DNA of 64,000 nt from an uncultured bacterium (GCA_963813815.1 CAWFAD010000016.1:256001-320000); one strand, 5' to 3'; counted from the first letter of the stretch, positions 19,943-42,312 are shown. The notes: generated from the sequence alone by a model not told the origin. Program-made: numbers and translations.

Positions 19943-19973
19943 GAAAACCCTGTGACGAGGAGGTTCGCGTTCC

Positions 19974-21182
<1,209 letters not shown>

Positions 21183-21210
21183 CGGCGACGCGGAAAGGTC
21201 GGGAAGAGGC

Positions 21211-21360
21211 ATGCGCGAAATGGCGACGCTCGCCTGCAACGAGTGCAAGCAGCGCAACTACACGACGATGAAGAACAAGCGCTTGCATCCGGACAGGCTC
21301 GAGCACAAGAAATACTGCAAGTTCTGCCGGAAGCATACGATTCACAAGGAGACGCGTTAG
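21211..21360 (+). CDS. rpmG: 50S ribosomal protein L33 (Zn-ribbon form)
   Basis: Read from [52 protein letters not shown]. Confidence 0.96.
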   Translation: MREMATLACNECKQRNYTTMKNKRLHPDRLEHKKYCKFCRKHTIHKETR

Positions 21361-21434
21361 CTCCGTCGTCCGCCGGGGAGACGCCGCGCAGGCGCGCGTC
21401 ACCCGTCGAGGCGCGGCTACGAGCGGGGTAGCGA

Positions 21435-21623
21435 ATGTTCGAAAAAATAAAACGATTCTTCAGCGAAACGCGCATCGAGATGCGCAAGGTCACGTGGCCC
21501 ACGCGCGACGAGCTCAGGGAGTCGACGAAGATCGTCATCGTGGCGACTTTCGTCGTGACGCTCTTCATAGGGCTCATCGACTCGATCATCAACCTCATCG
21601 TGAGGCGCCTGCTGGGGTGGTAA
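21435..21623 (+). CDS. secE: Preprotein translocase SecE
   Basis: EMRKVTWP + single TM; precedes nusG. Confidence 0.95.
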   Translation: MFEKIKRFFSETRIEMRKVTWPTRDELRESTKIVIVATFVVTLFIGLIDSIINLIVRRLLGW

Positions 21624-21666
21624 AGGAGGTACGCGCCCCGGCGGATCCGACGCGGGCGCGTCTCGT

Positions 21667-22275
21667 ATGACCGACGATATCAACAGAATAGCCGGCGAGG
21701 AGAGCTTCGGCGCCGCGGACGCTGGAAACGGGGACGAGGCGGGCCGGAAGAGCATGCGCTGGTACGTCGTGCACACCTATTCGGGCCGCGAAAACAAGGT
21801 GCGCGAGACGATCGAGCGGCTCATCAAGCACTCCGGGCTTCAGGAGCGCTTCGGGAAAGTGCTCGTGGCGACCGAAGAGGTCGCCGAAATGAAGAAGGGG
21901 AAAAAGAAGGTTTCGCAGCGGAAGCTCTTCCCGAGCTACATCCTCATCGAAATGCAGATGAGCGAGGAGGCCTGGGGGCTCATCGAGAACGTGCCCGGCG
22001 TGACGCACTTCGTCGGCGGCGCGAAGAAGCCGTTCCCGATTCCGAAGAAGGACGTCGACCGCATACTCGGGAGAATGGAGAAGAAGGAAGGGATCGTTCC
22101 CGAAGTGCCGTTCACCCTCGGCGAGCACGTCCGAGTCGCGGACGGCCCGTTCGCCGATTTCACCGGCGTCGTCGACGAGATCAATCCCGAGCGGGGCAAG
22201 GTCAAGGTGCTCGTCAGCATCTTCGGCCGGGAGACCCCCGTCGAGCTCGATTTCCTCCAGGTGAAAACCATTTAG
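21667..22275 (+). CDS. nusG: Transcription antitermination factor NusG
   Basis: [35 protein letters not shown]. Confidence 0.97.
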   Translation: MTDDINRIAGEESFGAADAGNGDEAGRKSMRWYVVHTYSGRENKVRETIERLIKHSGLQERFGKVLVATEEVAEMKKGKKKVSQRKLFPSYILIEMQMSEEAWGLIENVPGVTHFVGGAKKPFPIPKKDVDRILGRMEKKEGIVPEVPFTLGEHVRVADGPFADFTGVVDEINPERGKVKVLVSIFGRETPVELDFLQVKTI

Positions 22276-22320
22276 CGATCCCGCGCGAGGCGAGGATTCG
22301 ACCAAGGAGCGCACAAGCGT

Positions 22321-22758
22321 ATGGCCAAAAAGTCGAAAAAGAAGGTCATGAGGATCGTGAAGCTCGAGATACCGGGCGGCCACGCGACCCCGGCCCCGCC
22401 GGTCGGTCCCGCGCTCGGGCAGCTCGGCGTGAGCTCGATGGAGTTCTGCAAGCAGTTCAACGCGGCGACGAACTCGATGTCCGGAATGATCATCCCCGTC
22501 GAGATCACCGTATTCGCCGACAAGACGTTCACCTTCTTCACCAAGCAGCCGCCCGCCGCGGAGCTCATCAAAAAGGCGGCCAGCATCGCCAAGGGTTCCG
22601 GCGTTCCGAACAAGGAGAAGGTCGGCAAGATCACGAAGGATCAGATCCGCGAGATCGCCAAGTCGAAGATGAAGGATCTCAACACCGCCGACCTCGAAGC
22701 CGCGATGCGGATGATCGAGGGCTCAGCGCGGAGCATGGGTATTCTCGTCGAGGAATGA
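22321..22758 (+). CDS. rplK: 50S ribosomal protein L11
   Basis: [20 protein letters not shown]. Confidence 0.98.
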   Translation: MAKKSKKKVMRIVKLEIPGGHATPAPPVGPALGQLGVSSMEFCKQFNAATNSMSGMIIPVEITVFADKTFTFFTKQPPAAELIKKAASIAKGSGVPNKEKVGKITKDQIREIAKSKMKDLNTADLEAAMRMIEGSARSMGILVEE

Positions 22759-22783
22759 CAGACGGCAAGAAAGTGGTGAGGTT

Positions 22784-23485
22784 ATGAAGCCCGGCAAACG
22801 ATACAGCGAGGCGTCCGCGAAGATCGATCGCGCCCGCGAATATGCCATCGAGGAAGCGGTGGAAGTGCTCAAGGCCTTCCCCCCGGCGAAGTTCGACGAG
22901 ACGATCGAGTTCAACGCGCGTCTCGGCGTCGACCCGAAGCACGCGGACCAGCAGGTCCGCGGCACGGTGCTCCTCCCGCACGGCACCGGCAAGACGGTGC
23001 GGATCCTCGTGCTCACGCGCGGGGAGAAAGAGCAGGAGGCGCGAAACGCCGGCGCCGACAACGTGGGTTCGGCCGAGTTCATCGAAAAGATCAAGGAAGG
23101 CTGGTTCGAGTTCGACGTCGCCATCGCGACCCCCGACATGATGGGGGAGGTCGGCAAGCTCGGCAAGCTCCTCGGCCCCCGCGGTCTCATGCCGAATCCG
23201 AAATCCGGCACCGTTACCTTCGACGTCGCCAAGGCGGTCAAGGAAGCGAAGGCCGGCAAGATCGAGTACCGCGTCGACCGCAGCGCCAACATCCACGTGC
23301 CGGTCGGCAAGCTCAGCTTCGGCAAGCAGCAGCTCGTCGAGAACATCCGGACGCTCGCGCAGGAGCTCGTGCGCGCAAAGCCGGCCTCGGCGAAGGGTAA
23401 ATACATAAAGAGCATCCACATCTCAACGACGATGGGGCCCTCTCTCGCGATCGAGACGGCGTCCCTCTCCGGCGAATCGAAGTAA
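22784..23485 (+). CDS. rplA: 50S ribosomal protein L1
   Basis: [26 protein letters not shown]. Confidence 0.98.
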   Translation: MKPGKRYSEASAKIDRAREYAIEEAVEVLKAFPPAKFDETIEFNARLGVDPKHADQQVRGTVLLPHGTGKTVRILVLTRGEKEQEARNAGADNVGSAEFIEKIKEGWFEFDVAIATPDMMGEVGKLGKLLGPRGLMPNPKSGTVTFDVAKAVKEAKAGKIEYRVDRSANIHVPVGKLSFGKQQLVENIRTLAQELVRAKPASAKGKYIKSIHISTTMGPSLAIETASLSGESK

Positions 23486-23498
23486 GAAGGGAACGTAT

Positions 23499-24017
23499 AT
23501 GGCGCAGGAAGAGAAAGCACGGATCATCGACGACATCGGCTCGATCGTCAAGGACGCCAAGTCGATCGTTCTCGCCGATTTCACCGGCCTCAACGTAAAG
23601 GACATCTCCGAGCTGCGGCGCTCGTGCCGCCAGAACGGCGTCACCTTCCGCGTCGTGAAGAACACGCTCGCGAAGAAGAGCTTCGACGCCGCCGGTGTCG
23701 CCGGTATCTCCGTCCTCCTCGACGGACCGACGGCGATCGCGGTCAGCACGGTGGACGAGGTGCGGGCGGCGCAGGTTCTCAAGAAATTCGCGGATGATTA
23801 CGAACTCCCCCGTCTCAAGGGGGGGTACGTTCATGGGCGGGTCCTCAGCGCCGAAGAGGTGCGACGGCTTGCCCTCCTCCCCAGCCGGGAGGTGCTTCTT
23901 GCCCAGGTCGTGGGAACGGTTCAGGCTCCGCTGCGAGGCCTCGTCAACTGCCTCAACGCTTCCCTGCGGGACCTCGTGAACGTTCTCAAGGCCGTGCAGG
24001 ACAAGAAGGCCGCTTAG
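23499..24017 (+). CDS. rplJ: 50S ribosomal protein L10
   Basis: DFTGLNV..LR, VVKNTLA, GPTAIA, LPSRE. Confidence 0.96.
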   Translation: MAQEEKARIIDDIGSIVKDAKSIVLADFTGLNVKDISELRRSCRQNGVTFRVVKNTLAKKSFDAAGVAGISVLLDGPTAIAVSTVDEVRAAQVLKKFADDYELPRLKGGYVHGRVLSAEEVRRLALLPSREVLLAQVVGTVQAPLRGLVNCLNASLRDLVNVLKAVQDKKAA

Positions 24018-24092
24018 CGGCGCGGCGGCGCCCCTCGGAGGGCATGCGCGCCGATGGACGAGTACGTAACCGTTGGAAAGAGAGGTCAGTTC

Positions 24093-24548
24093 ATGGTCAC
24101 GAAGAAGAAAGACGAAACGACGGACGCAGCGCAGGTCGAGGAAACCGCCGGGAAGAAGCCCGTGGGCGGCTCGATCGCGAAGATCGTCGAGCAGGTCGAG
24201 ACCCTCAGCGTGCTCGAGCTCTCGGAGCTCGTGAAGGCGCTCGAGGAGCGGTTCGGCGTCACCGCCGCCGCCCCGATGGCCTTCATGCCGGGCATGATGC
24301 CGGGCGCCGGCGGCGCCGCGGCCGAGGTCGAGGAGAAGACCGAGTTCACGCCGGTCCTCAAGGACATCGGCGCGAACAAGATTCAGGTCATCAAGGTGGT
24401 TCGCGCCATCACCGGTCTCGGACTCATCGAGGCGAAGAAGCTCGTCGAAGAGGCCCCCAAGCCGGTCAAGGAGAACGTGAACAAGGCCGAAGCCGAGGAT
24501 ATCAAGAAGAAGATCGAAGAAGTCGGCGGCGTCGTCGAGATTAAGTAA
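24093..24548 (+). CDS. rplL: 50S ribosomal protein L7/L12 with N-terminal extension
   Basis: [34 protein letters not shown], GLGLxEAK. Confidence 0.96.
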   Translation: MVTKKKDETTDAAQVEETAGKKPVGGSIAKIVEQVETLSVLELSELVKALEERFGVTAAAPMAFMPGMMPGAGGAAAEVEEKTEFTPVLKDIGANKIQVIKVVRAITGLGLIEAKKLVEEAPKPVKENVNKAEAEDIKKKIEEVGGVVEIK

Positions 24549-24587
24549 CGCGGCCGTGCCGCATGCGGCACGAGGCAGGAGGGATCG

Positions 24588-28388
<3,801 letters not shown>

Positions 28389-28401
28389 GGAGGTACCCGG
28401 G

Positions 28402-32508
<4,107 letters not shown>

Positions 32509-32527
32509 ACCGCTCAAAATTATTTAC

Positions 32528-32556
32528 TTGACATGACCTGGGGCGGGTGCTAGATT
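32528..32556 (+). promoter_or_regulatory. Sigma70-type promoter of the str operon
   Basis: TTGACA (32528-32533), 17 nt, TGc-TAGATT (extended -10). Confidence 0.7.
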
Positions 32557-32641
32557 GCACTTTTGCATCCCACTTTCCGCCCCATCGAGTGGGTATAAGA
32601 CACATAACTGATTACCATTGAAGTAATTAAGGGGTTTTGCA

Positions 32642-33025
32642 GTGCCGACGATCAATCAGCTTGTACGTAAATCACGCGAGGCGGTTCGCAGGAAAACGCA
32701 CGCCCCGGCGCTCAAGTCGTGCCCGCAGAAGCGGGGCGTCTGTACGCGCGTCTATACCTCGACGCCGAAGAAGCCGAACTCGGCGATCCGCAAGGTCGCT
32801 CGAGTGAGGCTGCAGAACGGCTTCGAGGTGACCTCCTACATTCCTGGCGAGGGGCACAACCTCCAGGAGCACTCGATCGTGCTCATCCGCGGCGGCCGTG
32901 TGAAGGATCTTCCCGGCGTCCGGTACCATATCATCCGCGGCGCGCTCGATTCGGCCGGCGTCGAGGGACGAACCGTCAGCCGGTCGAAGTACGGCGTGAA
33001 GAGACCGAAGAAAACGGCCGCTTAA
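32642..33025 (+). CDS. rpsL: 30S ribosomal protein S12
   Basis: [28 protein letters not shown]. Confidence 0.99.
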   Translation: MPTINQLVRKSREAVRRKTHAPALKSCPQKRGVCTRVYTSTPKKPNSAIRKVARVRLQNGFEVTSYIPGEGHNLQEHSIVLIRGGRVKDLPGVRYHIIRGALDSAGVEGRTVSRSKYGVKRPKKTAA

Positions 33026-33044
33026 CAAACGGGAGTAGAACGGA

Positions 33045-33515
33045 ATGCCACGCAGGCGCGAAGTCGTTAAAAGAGATGTTATTCCCGATCCCAAGTACGG
33101 CGACATGCTCCTTTCCCGGCTGGTGAGCTACATGCTCCGTCGCGGGAAACGCGGCACCGCCGAAAAGATCGTGTACGACGCGCTCGATCTCATCGAGCAG
33201 AAAACCGGCCAGAAGGGCCTCGAGGTCATGAGAAAGGCCATCGAGAACGTCAAGCCGGTGCTCGAAGTCACCTCCCGACGCGTCGGCGGCGCCACGTACC
33301 AGGTACCGATCGAGGTCCGGTCCGACCGGAGACTCGCGCTCGCCCTCAGGTGGATCATCGGGTACTCCAAGACCCGTCCCGAGCGCACGATGGCCGAGCG
33401 GCTCGCCTCCGAGCTCATGCTCGCCTACAAGCACGAGGGCCCTTCGATCAAGAAGCGCGAGGATACGCACAAGATGGCCGAGGCCAACAAGGCCTTCGCC
33501 CACTACCGGTGGTAG
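33045..33515 (+). CDS. rpsG: 30S ribosomal protein S7
   Basis: MPRR, RRVGGATYQVP, HKMAEANKAFAHYRW. Confidence 0.99.
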   Translation: MPRRREVVKRDVIPDPKYGDMLLSRLVSYMLRRGKRGTAEKIVYDALDLIEQKTGQKGLEVMRKAIENVKPVLEVTSRRVGGATYQVPIEVRSDRRLALALRWIIGYSKTRPERTMAERLASELMLAYKHEGPSIKKREDTHKMAEANKAFAHYRW

Positions 33516-33747
33516 CTTGAATGTCGCCCGGCTTATCTGCAGGCCGGGTCGCATAGATCTTTTTGGATGGGTGGGGGGGTGAATCCAAATTGGAGCGCGC
33601 GGCGACGCGGGTTCCAACGAGGGTGAGGGATACAATTGATGAGTAAGCAGACTTTGCTGTACGACACCGTTCGCACGCGGCTCACCTGATTCTGCAAGCC
33701 TCCCGAGTCGGGGCATGGGACAGGTGGCCCCGGCGAGGATGAGGCTG

Positions 33748-35829
33748 ATGGCCAGAGAATTTCCTCTCGAGCAGGTCCGAAACATCGGGATAGCCGCCCA
33801 TATCGACGCGGGCAAGACTACCCTGACGGAGAGGATTCTCTTCTATACGGGCAAGGTGCACCGGATGGGAGAGGTGCATGAGGGCAGCACGGTGATGGAC
33901 TGGATGGACCAGGAACGCGAGCGTGGGATCACGATCATGTCGGCGGCGACGACCTGTTTCTGGAACGACCACAAGGTCAACATCATCGACACCCCCGGCC
34001 ACGTCGATTTCACCGTCGAGGTCGAGCGGAGCATGAGGGTGCTCGACGGTCTCGTCGCCGTCTTCTGCGGCGTCGGCGGCGTCGAGCCCCAGTCCGAGAC
34101 GGTTTGGCGTCAGGCCGACCGTTACTGCATCCCGCGGCTCGCGTTCGTCAACAAGATGGACCGGGTCGGCAGCGATTTCGACAACGTCGTTCGGATGATG
34201 CGCGAGCGGCTCGCCGCGCCGGCCGTGCCGGTCACCCTGCCGATCGGCTCGGGAGACGATCTCATGGGCATCATCGATCTCGTTGACATGCGGGCGACGT
34301 ACTACGACGAGGACAGCCTCGGGGCGGATTACCACGAGGCGGACATACCGAAGAACCTCGCGGCGGCGGCCGCGGAGGCGCGCGATTTCCTCATGCACGC
34401 CCTCGCCGACATCGACGACGGCATACTGCATCACATTCTCGACGGTTCGCAGATCCCGGTCGAGGAGATCCACGCGGCGCTCCGCAAGGGCGTCGTTTCG
34501 GCGAAGATCGTTCCCGTCTTCGCGGGCTCCGCGTTCAAGAACAAGGGGATCCAGAAGGTGCTCGACGCGATCGTCCGGTACCTTCCCGCGCCGAGCGATC
34601 TCCCGCCGGTCAAGGGGATGAATCCCTATACGGAAAAGGAAGAGGAGCGGCCGCCGCTCGACAAGGCGCCGTTCACCGCTCTCGTCTTCAAGGTGCAGAG
34701 CGACAAGTACGTGGGGCGGCTCCACTTCATCCGCGTCTACAGCGGCTCGCTCGCGCAGGGCTCGCAGATCATGAACGCCTCGAGCGAGCGCAAGGAGCGC
34801 GTGAGCCGGATGCTCCGCATGCACGCGAACAAGCGCGAGGAGATCGACGCGATCTTCACCGGGGACATCATCGCCGTCGTGGGGCTCAAGGGGGCCGTCA
34901 CGGGGGACACCCTCTGCGATCCGAAGCATCCGATCCAACTCGAGACGATGCGCTTCCCGGAGCCCGTGATCTCGGTCGCGATCGAGCCGAAGACGAAGGC
35001 GGACGTGGACAAGATGATGAACGCGCTCCAGCAGCTCAGCGTCGAGGATCCGACGTTCCGCATGAAGATAGACGGCGAAACGGGGCAGACGATCATCTCG
35101 GGGATGGGCGAGCTCCATCTCGAGATCCTCGTCGACCGGATGCTGCGGGAGTTCGACGTGGGGGCCACGGTCGGCCGCCCGCAGGTCGCCTACAAGGAAA
35201 CGATCACGACTCCGTGCCGCTCCGAGGGACGGTTCGTCCGCCAGAGCGGGGGCCGGGGTCAATTCGGCGTCGTCGTGCTCGAGATCGAACCGTCGCCCGG
35301 CGCGGGTTTCGTTTTCGAGAACCGCATCCGGGACGGCTCGGTTCCGAAGCAGTACATCCAATACGTCGAGGTCGGCGTGCGGGATTCGATGGTGAGCGGG
35401 CCGCTCGGCGGCTATCCCGTCGTGGACGTGAAGGTCTCGCTCGTCGACGGTGCCTATCACGAGGTTGACTCGAGCGACATCGCCTTCCGCGCGGCGGCGA
35501 GCATCGCCTTTACGGACGGCCTGCGCCGCTCCGCGCCCGTGCTGCTCGAGCCGGTCATGAATCTCGAGGTCGTTCTCCCCGTCGAGTACGTCGGCGAGGT
35601 CATCAACGACATCAATATGCGAAGAGGCAAGGTCGAAGGGATGTTCCACCGAGCGAACGCGCAGGTCATAACGGCGCGGGCGCCCCTCTCCGATATGTTC
35701 GGATACGCGACGAGTCTCCGGTCCCTCACCCAGGGCCGGGCGGTGTACACCATGCAGTTCTCGCATTACGACCGGGTGCCGCCGGAGATCATCATGGACA
35801 AGCTCGGCCATGTGACGGGCCTTGCGTGA
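33748..35829 (+). CDS. fusA: Elongation factor G
   Basis: [38 protein letters not shown]. Confidence 0.98.
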   Translation: MAREFPLEQVRNIGIAAHIDAGKTTLTERILFYTGKVHRMGEVHEGSTVMDWMDQERERGITIMSAATTCFWNDHKVNIIDTPGHVDFTVEVERSMRVLDGLVAVFCGVGGVEPQSETVWRQADRYCIPRLAFVNKMDRVGSDFDNVVRMMRERLAAPAVPVTLPIGSGDDLMGIIDLVDMRATYYDEDSLGADYHEADIPKNLAAAAAEARDFLMHALADIDDGILHHILDGSQIPVEEIHAALRKGVVSAKIVPVFAGSAFKNKGIQKVLDAIVRYLPAPSDLPPVKGMNPYTEKEEERPPLDKAPFTALVFKVQSDKYVGRLHFIRVYSGSLAQGSQIMNASSERKERVSRMLRMHANKREEIDAIFTGDIIAVVGLKGAVTGDTLCDPKHPIQLETMRFPEPVISVAIEPKTKADVDKMMNALQQLSVEDPTFRMKIDGETGQTIISGMGELHLEILVDRMLREFDVGATVGRPQVAYKETITTPCRSEGRFVRQSGGRGQFGVVVLEIEPSPGAGFVFENRIRDGSVPKQYIQYVEVGVRDSMVSGPLGGYPVVDVKVSLVDGAYHEVDSSDIAFRAAASIAFTDGLRRSAPVLLEPVMNLEVVLPVEYVGEVINDINMRRGKVEGMFHRANAQVITARAPLSDMFGYATSLRSLTQGRAVYTMQFSHYDRVPPEIIMDKLGHVTGLA

Positions 35830-35844
35830 AGGAGGTAGGTTCTC

Positions 35845-37053
<1,209 letters not shown>

Positions 37054-37079
37054 ACACTGGCGCGGATGGAGGTTGCCCG

Positions 37080-37388
37080 GTGGACGGACAGCGGATACGG
37101 ATTAAGCTCAAGGCGTACGAGCACTCGATGCTCGATCGCAGCGCCGAAGAGATCGTGAAGACCGCGCGGCGAACCGGTGCGGACGTGTCGGGACCGATTC
37201 CGCTTCCGACGAAACGCACCGTGTACACCGTCCTGCGGTCGCCGCACGTCAACAAGAAGTCGCGCGAACAGTTCGAGATTCGAGTCCACAAGAGACTCAT
37301 CTATCTCACGAACGTGACGACGAAAGCGGTTGACGCGCTGCAGAAACTCGATCTCCCGGCCGGGGTCGACATCGAGATCAAGGTTTGA
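37080..37388 (+). CDS. rpsJ: 30S ribosomal protein S10
   Basis: [29 protein letters not shown]. Confidence 0.98.
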   Translation: MDGQRIRIKLKAYEHSMLDRSAEEIVKTARRTGADVSGPIPLPTKRTVYTVLRSPHVNKKSREQFEIRVHKRLIYLTNVTTKAVDALQKLDLPAGVDIEIKV

Positions 37389-37402
37389 TCGGGGAGGGAG
37401 CG

Positions 37403-38023
37403 ATGCGAGGGCTAATCGGCAAGAAGATCGGCATGACGCACCTGTTCGAGGCGGACGGAACGCAGGTTCCCGTTTCCGTCATCCAGGTGGGCCCCTGCCC
37501 CGTCGTTCAGGTGAAGTCGGTGAAGAAAGACGGGTACGGGGCGATCCAGCTCGGGTTCGACGCCGTGCGTCCGACGAAGGTGAAGCTCGCGCAGGTCGGC
37601 CACTGCAGGAAGGCGAACCTTCCCGTGTACCGGACGCTACAGGAGTTCCGCGTCGAGAACGCGGACGAGTTCGAGGCGGGACAGGTCATCGACCTCACGG
37701 TCTTCAAGGAGGTCGCGAAGGTCGACGTGACGGGCAAATCGAAGGGCCGCGGATTCACGGGGCTCCAGAAGCGCCACAACTTCCACGGCGGTCCCAAGAC
37801 GCACGGATCCAAGTCGCACAACGTGGCGGGCTCGATCGGAAGCTCGGCCTATCCGTCGCGCGTCATGAAGGGAAAGCGGATGGCGGGGCGGACGGGTTAC
37901 ACGCAGTTCACCGTCAAGAATCTCAAAGTGGTCGAGATCGATCTCGAGAACAATCTCATGATGGTGCGGGGTGCCGTTCCGGGCGCCGTCAACACGATAC
38001 TGAGAATCACGGCGTCCTCGTAG
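37403..38023 (+). CDS. rplC: 50S ribosomal protein L3
   Basis: GKKIGMT, DGYxAIQLG, SKGRGF, GAVPG. Confidence 0.98.
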   Translation: MRGLIGKKIGMTHLFEADGTQVPVSVIQVGPCPVVQVKSVKKDGYGAIQLGFDAVRPTKVKLAQVGHCRKANLPVYRTLQEFRVENADEFEAGQVIDLTVFKEVAKVDVTGKSKGRGFTGLQKRHNFHGGPKTHGSKSHNVAGSIGSSAYPSRVMKGKRMAGRTGYTQFTVKNLKVVEIDLENNLMMVRGAVPGAVNTILRITASS

Positions 38024-38044
38024 GCGGGATGCAGAGGTACACTC

Positions 38045-38674
38045 ATGGCGAACGCGAAACTATACGATTTCAGCGGCAACTACAAGGGCACGGTGGAGCT
38101 CCCGGCGACGCTCTTCGATCAGCCGGTCAACAAGGGCGTCCTCTATGACTCGGTGAAGCAGTACCTGGCGAACCAGCGCCGGGGCACGGCGAAGGCCAAG
38201 ACGCGCAGCGAGGTCAGCTACAGCACGAAGAAGCCCTGGCGGCAAAAGGGAACGGGCCGGGCGCGCGCCGGCATGCGGAGCTCTCCGATCTGGCGGCACG
38301 GCGGCGTCGTGTTCGGGCCGCACCCGCGCGATTACCACTACACGATCCCGCGCAAGGTGAGGCGCCGGGCGATCGCCTCGGCCCTCAGCGACAAGGGCCG
38401 CGGGGAAGGGGTCTTCGTCGTCGAGGGGATCGCGCTCGAGGCGCCGAAGACGAAGCCCTTCGCGGGCTTTCTGCGGGCGGCCGGCCTCGGCGGCAAGCGG
38501 GTGCTCTTCGTGACCGACTCGTGGAACGACACCGTGTTCCGCTCGATGCGGAACATCCCCGGCGTCGAGATGACGCTCGGCCGCAATCTGAACGCGTACG
38601 GCATCCTTCGTGCCGAGATTCTTCTCTTCACGAAGGAAGGGCTCTCCTCCCTCGAAGGGGTGTTTGCGCAGTGA
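38045..38674 (+). CDS. rplD: 50S ribosomal protein L4
   Basis: [21 protein letters not shown]. Confidence 0.98.
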   Translation: MANAKLYDFSGNYKGTVELPATLFDQPVNKGVLYDSVKQYLANQRRGTAKAKTRSEVSYSTKKPWRQKGTGRARAGMRSSPIWRHGGVVFGPHPRDYHYTIPRKVRRRAIASALSDKGRGEGVFVVEGIALEAPKTKPFAGFLRAAGLGGKRVLFVTDSWNDTVFRSMRNIPGVEMTLGRNLNAYGILRAEILLFTKEGLSSLEGVFAQ

Positions 38675-38973
38675 AGGATTTGTACCAGATCATACTGAAG
38701 CCGATCATCACCGAGCGGACCAACTCGCTCAAGGAAACGACGAACTCGTTCGTCTTCGACGTTCATCCGGGCGCGAACAAGCGCGAGATCAAGCTCGCCG
38801 TCGAGAAGCTCTTCAACGTGAAGGTGAAGGACGTCCATACCTCGATCCTTCGCGGGAAACCCAAGAAGATGCTCATGAAGGGCGGACGGTTTCTCGGCAA
38901 GAGGCCCGATCGCAAGCGGGCGATCGTGAAGCTCGCCGAGGGGCAGAATATAGAGTTATTCGACCAGGTGTAG
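38671..38973 (+). CDS. rplW: 50S ribosomal protein L23
   Basis: [27 protein letters not shown] start. Confidence 0.96.
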   Translation: MKDLYQIILKPIITERTNSLKETTNSFVFDVHPGANKREIKLAVEKLFNVKVKDVHTSILRGKPKKMLMKGGRFLGKRPDRKRAIVKLAEGQNIELFDQV

Positions 38974-39052
38974 TTCGTCGCTCACCTCCCGCGCCGCGGG
39001 GGGCGTGACGCGGATGCCGCGAAAGCGGCGCTACGCAAAGAGGAACGGACCG

Positions 39053-39883
39053 ATGGGAATCAAGAAATTCAAGCCGATAACCCCGGGGCAGCGGTACAAG
39101 ACCGTCATCGATTACTCGGTGCTCACGAAGAAACCGCCCGAGAAATCGCTCCTCGAGCCGCTCCGCAAAACGGGTGGCCGGAACAACGACGGCCACATCA
39201 CGAGCCGGCACATCGGCGGCGGCCACAAGCAGATGTACCGCATCGTCGATTTCAAGCGGAACAAGATCGGCATCCCGGCGACGGTGAGCTCGCTCGAGTA
39301 CGATCCGAACCGCTCGGCGTTCATCTCGCTCCTCACGTACCGCGACGGCGAGAAGCGCTACATCATCGCGCCGCACGGGATACAGGTCGGCGACACGCTT
39401 GTCTCGGGCCCCGACGCCGATATCCACCCGGGCAACTCGCTCCCGCTCGAGAAGATCCCGACGGGGCTCTTCGTGCACAACATCGAGCTCATCGCCGGCC
39501 GCGGCGGACAGATGGCCCGGAGCGCCGGTTCCTACGCCCAGCTCATGGCGAAGGAGGGGACGCACGTCCTCCTGCGGCTGCCGAGCGGCGAGATCCGCAA
39601 GGTCCGCAAGGAATGCTACGCGACGATCGGCCAGGTCAGCAACATCGACTACGAGAACATCTCGATCGGCAAGGCCGGCCGGACGCGCTGGCTCGGCCGG
39701 AGGCCGAAGGTCAGAGGCGTCGCGATGAACCCGGTCGACCATCCGCTCGGCGGAGGCGAGGGGAAGAGCTCCGGCGGCCGCCACCCGGTGACCCCGTGGG
39801 GCAAGCCGACGAAGGGATACAAGACGCGCGATCGCAAAAAGCAATCGAGCAAGTATATCGTTCATAGGAGAAAAAAGAAGTAA
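39053..39883 (+). CDS. rplB: 50S ribosomal protein L2
   Basis: [24 protein letters not shown]. Confidence 0.99.
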   Translation: MGIKKFKPITPGQRYKTVIDYSVLTKKPPEKSLLEPLRKTGGRNNDGHITSRHIGGGHKQMYRIVDFKRNKIGIPATVSSLEYDPNRSAFISLLTYRDGEKRYIIAPHGIQVGDTLVSGPDADIHPGNSLPLEKIPTGLFVHNIELIAGRGGQMARSAGSYAQLMAKEGTHVLLRLPSGEIRKVRKECYATIGQVSNIDYENISIGKAGRTRWLGRRPKVRGVAMNPVDHPLGGGEGKSSGGRHPVTPWGKPTKGYKTRDRKKQSSKYIVHRRKKK

Positions 39884-39961
39884 CCGGCGGTTCCGGGGCC
39901 GCGCGGCGGCCCGGGGCGCCCCGCCGCCCTCGGGGCGCTCGAAAGACGGCATGGAGGTTCG

Positions 39962-40240
39962 ATGACACGATCGTTGAAAAAAGGCCCCTTCATCGACGAG
40001 AACCTGCTCGGCAGGATCGAACAGCTCAATGACGCGGGCGACAAGAAGGTCGTCAGGACCTGGGCGCGCCGCTCGACGATCTCACCCGAGTTCGTGGGGC
40101 ACACGCTCGCGATCCACAACGGCAACAAGTTCATCCCGGTGTTCATCACCGAGAACATGGTCGGGCACAAGCTCGGCGAGTTCGTGCCGACGCGGACCTA
40201 CCGCGGGCACCCGGGCGTAAAGAAGGCTGCGGCGACGTAA
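39962..40240 (+). CDS. rpsS: 30S ribosomal protein S19
   Basis: [17 protein letters not shown]. Confidence 0.98.
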   Translation: MTRSLKKGPFIDENLLGRIEQLNDAGDKKVVRTWARRSTISPEFVGHTLAIHNGNKFIPVFITENMVGHKLGEFVPTRTYRGHPGVKKAAAT

Positions 40241-40259
40241 TATGGCGGAGGTAGCTGAA

Positions 40260-40613
40260 ATGGAAGCACGCGCGATCGCGCGGCATGTGCGGGTTTCACC
40301 GAGAAAGGCCGGTATTATCGCCGACCTCGTTCGGGGAAAATCGGTCGAGTATGCCCTCGAGATTCTCAAGTTCTCGACGCGGACGGCGTCGACGCCGATA
40401 CTGAAAACAGTCACGTCCGCGATGCACAACCTCGCCGGCAAGATGGAGCATCCCGTCGAGCCGAAGGACATGGGGATCAAGTCGATCACGATCGGCGAAG
40501 GCCGCACGATGTACCGGATCAAGCCGCGGGCGCAGGGACGCGCTTACCGGATTCGCATACGGAGCAGCCACATCACCGTGGTTGTCGAACATACGGGCGT
40601 CATCGAAGCGTAA
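40260..40613 (+). CDS. rplV: 50S ribosomal protein L22
   Basis: RVSPRKA, PRAQGRA, SHITV. Confidence 0.97.
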   Translation: MEARAIARHVRVSPRKAGIIADLVRGKSVEYALEILKFSTRTASTPILKTVTSAMHNLAGKMEHPVEPKDMGIKSITIGEGRTMYRIKPRAQGRAYRIRIRSSHITVVVEHTGVIEA

Positions 40614-40627
40614 CACGAGGAGGAATC

Positions 40628-41311
40628 TTGGGACAGAAAACCAATCCCATAGGGCTCCGGCTCGGCATCAACCGCCTTTGGGATTCGATGTGGTTCGCGC
40701 AGAAGAATTTCGCGAAATGGCTCGAAGAAGACGTCATGATACGCAAGTATATCAAGAAGCGCCTCGCACGAGCCGGCGTGGCGAAGATCGAGATCGAGCG
40801 GAGAGGCGACAAGGTGCGGGTGCACATACACACGGCGCGGCCGGGAATGGTGATCGGGCGGAAGGGAGCCGAGGTCGATTTCCTCAGCGAGGAGATGGCG
40901 CACCTCACCGGCAAGAACGTGCAGATCGACATCAAGGAAGTGAAGCGTCCCGAGCTCAACGCGATGCTCGTCGCCGAGCACATCGCCGGCCAGATCGAGC
41001 AGCGCGTCTCCTATCGCCGGGCGATGAAGAAGGCGATCGGCTCCGCGATGCGCATGGGAGCTTTCGGCATAAAGCTCAAGACGAGCGGCCGTCTCGGCGG
41101 GGCCGAGATGTCGCGCGTCGAGGGATACATGGACGGCCGGGTGCCGCTGCATACGCTGCGCGCCAACATCGATTTCGCGCGGGCGACAGCGTTCACGACG
41201 TACGGCACGGTCGGCGTCAAGGTGTGGATGTACCTCGGCGAGCTCTTCCCGAAGGATTTCAAGCGCCAGATCAGTGAGGCGGCGGTCGACGAGGGTTCCC
41301 GGACGCGCTGA
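40628..41311 (+). CDS. rpsC: 30S ribosomal protein S3
   Basis: [29 protein letters not shown]. Confidence 0.98.
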   Translation: MGQKTNPIGLRLGINRLWDSMWFAQKNFAKWLEEDVMIRKYIKKRLARAGVAKIEIERRGDKVRVHIHTARPGMVIGRKGAEVDFLSEEMAHLTGKNVQIDIKEVKRPELNAMLVAEHIAGQIEQRVSYRRAMKKAIGSAMRMGAFGIKLKTSGRLGGAEMSRVEGYMDGRVPLHTLRANIDFARATAFTTYGTVGVKVWMYLGELFPKDFKRQISEAAVDEGSRTR

Positions 41312-41337
41312 CGCTCGAGACAAGGGGTTGATTGGCA

Positions 41338-41766
41338 ATGTTGATGCCGAAACGAACGAAGTACCGCAAGCAGCAGCGCGGACGCCGGCGCGGGATGGCG
41401 ACGCGGGGCGCGAGCATCGAGTTCGGAACGTACGCGCTCCAGACCGAGGACCCCGCATGGGTCACGAACCGCCAGATCGAGGCGGCGCGCGTCGCGATCA
41501 TGCGCCACATCAAGCGCACCGGCAAGCTCTGGATCCGGATCTTCCCGGACAAGCCCGTGACGGTGAAGCCGGCGGAGACGCGCATGGGCAAAGGCAAGGG
41601 AGCTCCGGAGTTCTGGGTGGCGGTCGTGAAACCGGGGCGGATCCTGTTCGAGCTCGAGGGAGTCGACCATGAGGAGGCCCGGCAGGCGATGCGACTCGCT
41701 TCCTCCAAGCTCCCGATGAAGACGAAGTTCGTGCGCCGGGTGGCGACGGGGAAGGTAACGGGTTAA
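41338..41766 (+). CDS. rplP: 50S ribosomal protein L16
   Basis: [22 protein letters not shown]. Confidence 0.98.
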   Translation: MLMPKRTKYRKQQRGRRRGMATRGASIEFGTYALQTEDPAWVTNRQIEAARVAIMRHIKRTGKLWIRIFPDKPVTVKPAETRMGKGKGAPEFWVAVVKPGRILFELEGVDHEEARQAMRLASSKLPMKTKFVRRVATGKVTG

Positions 41767-41768
41767 CG

Positions 41769-42008
41769 ATGAAGGTAACCGAACTGAGAGACATGACCAT
41801 CGCCGAGCTCGCGTCGCGCGCGACGGAGCTCGCCGAGGAAATCGCCCGGATGCGGATGCAGCTCGCCCTGAAGAGGCTCGACAATCCGCTCAAGGTGCGC
41901 ACGACGCGTCGCGAGCTCGCCCGCGTCAGAACCATCATGAACGAGAAGCTGAGCGCCGGCGCCGCCGAGACGCCGGCCCCTGCGAACGCCGGAACGAAGA
42001 AGGCCTAG
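41769..42008 (+). CDS. rpmC: 50S ribosomal protein L29
   Basis: ELR..., NP..VR..RRELARVRT; position after rplP. Confidence 0.93.
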   Translation: MKVTELRDMTIAELASRATELAEEIARMRMQLALKRLDNPLKVRTTRRELARVRTIMNEKLSAGAAETPAPANAGTKKA

Positions 42009-42045
42009 GGCCGCGAACTGGCACGGAGACTGACGAGGAGAAGGT

Positions 42046-42303
42046 ATGGAAACGAGAAAGCCCCGGAAAACACTGGTCGGGCGCGTCGTGAGCGACAAGA
42101 TGGCGAAGACCGTCACCGTCTCCGTCGAGCGCCGGTTCCAGCATCCGCGCTACAAGAAGATCGTGAAGCGGACCGCGACGGTCCACGCCCACGACGAGGA
42201 GCGCGGCGCCCACGTCGGCGACCTCGTGCGGGTCATGTCGGCGCGGCCGCTCTCCAAGATGAAGCGGTGGCGCGTCGTGGAAATCCTCGAGAAGGCGAAG
42301 TAG
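42046..42303 (+). CDS. rpsQ: 30S ribosomal protein S17
   Basis: GRVVSDKM.KT, HPRYKK, RPLSK.KRW. Confidence 0.98.
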   Translation: METRKPRKTLVGRVVSDKMAKTVTVSVERRFQHPRYKKIVKRTATVHAHDEERGAHVGDLVRVMSARPLSKMKRWRVVEILEKAK

Positions 42304-42312
42304 GAGTCGACG

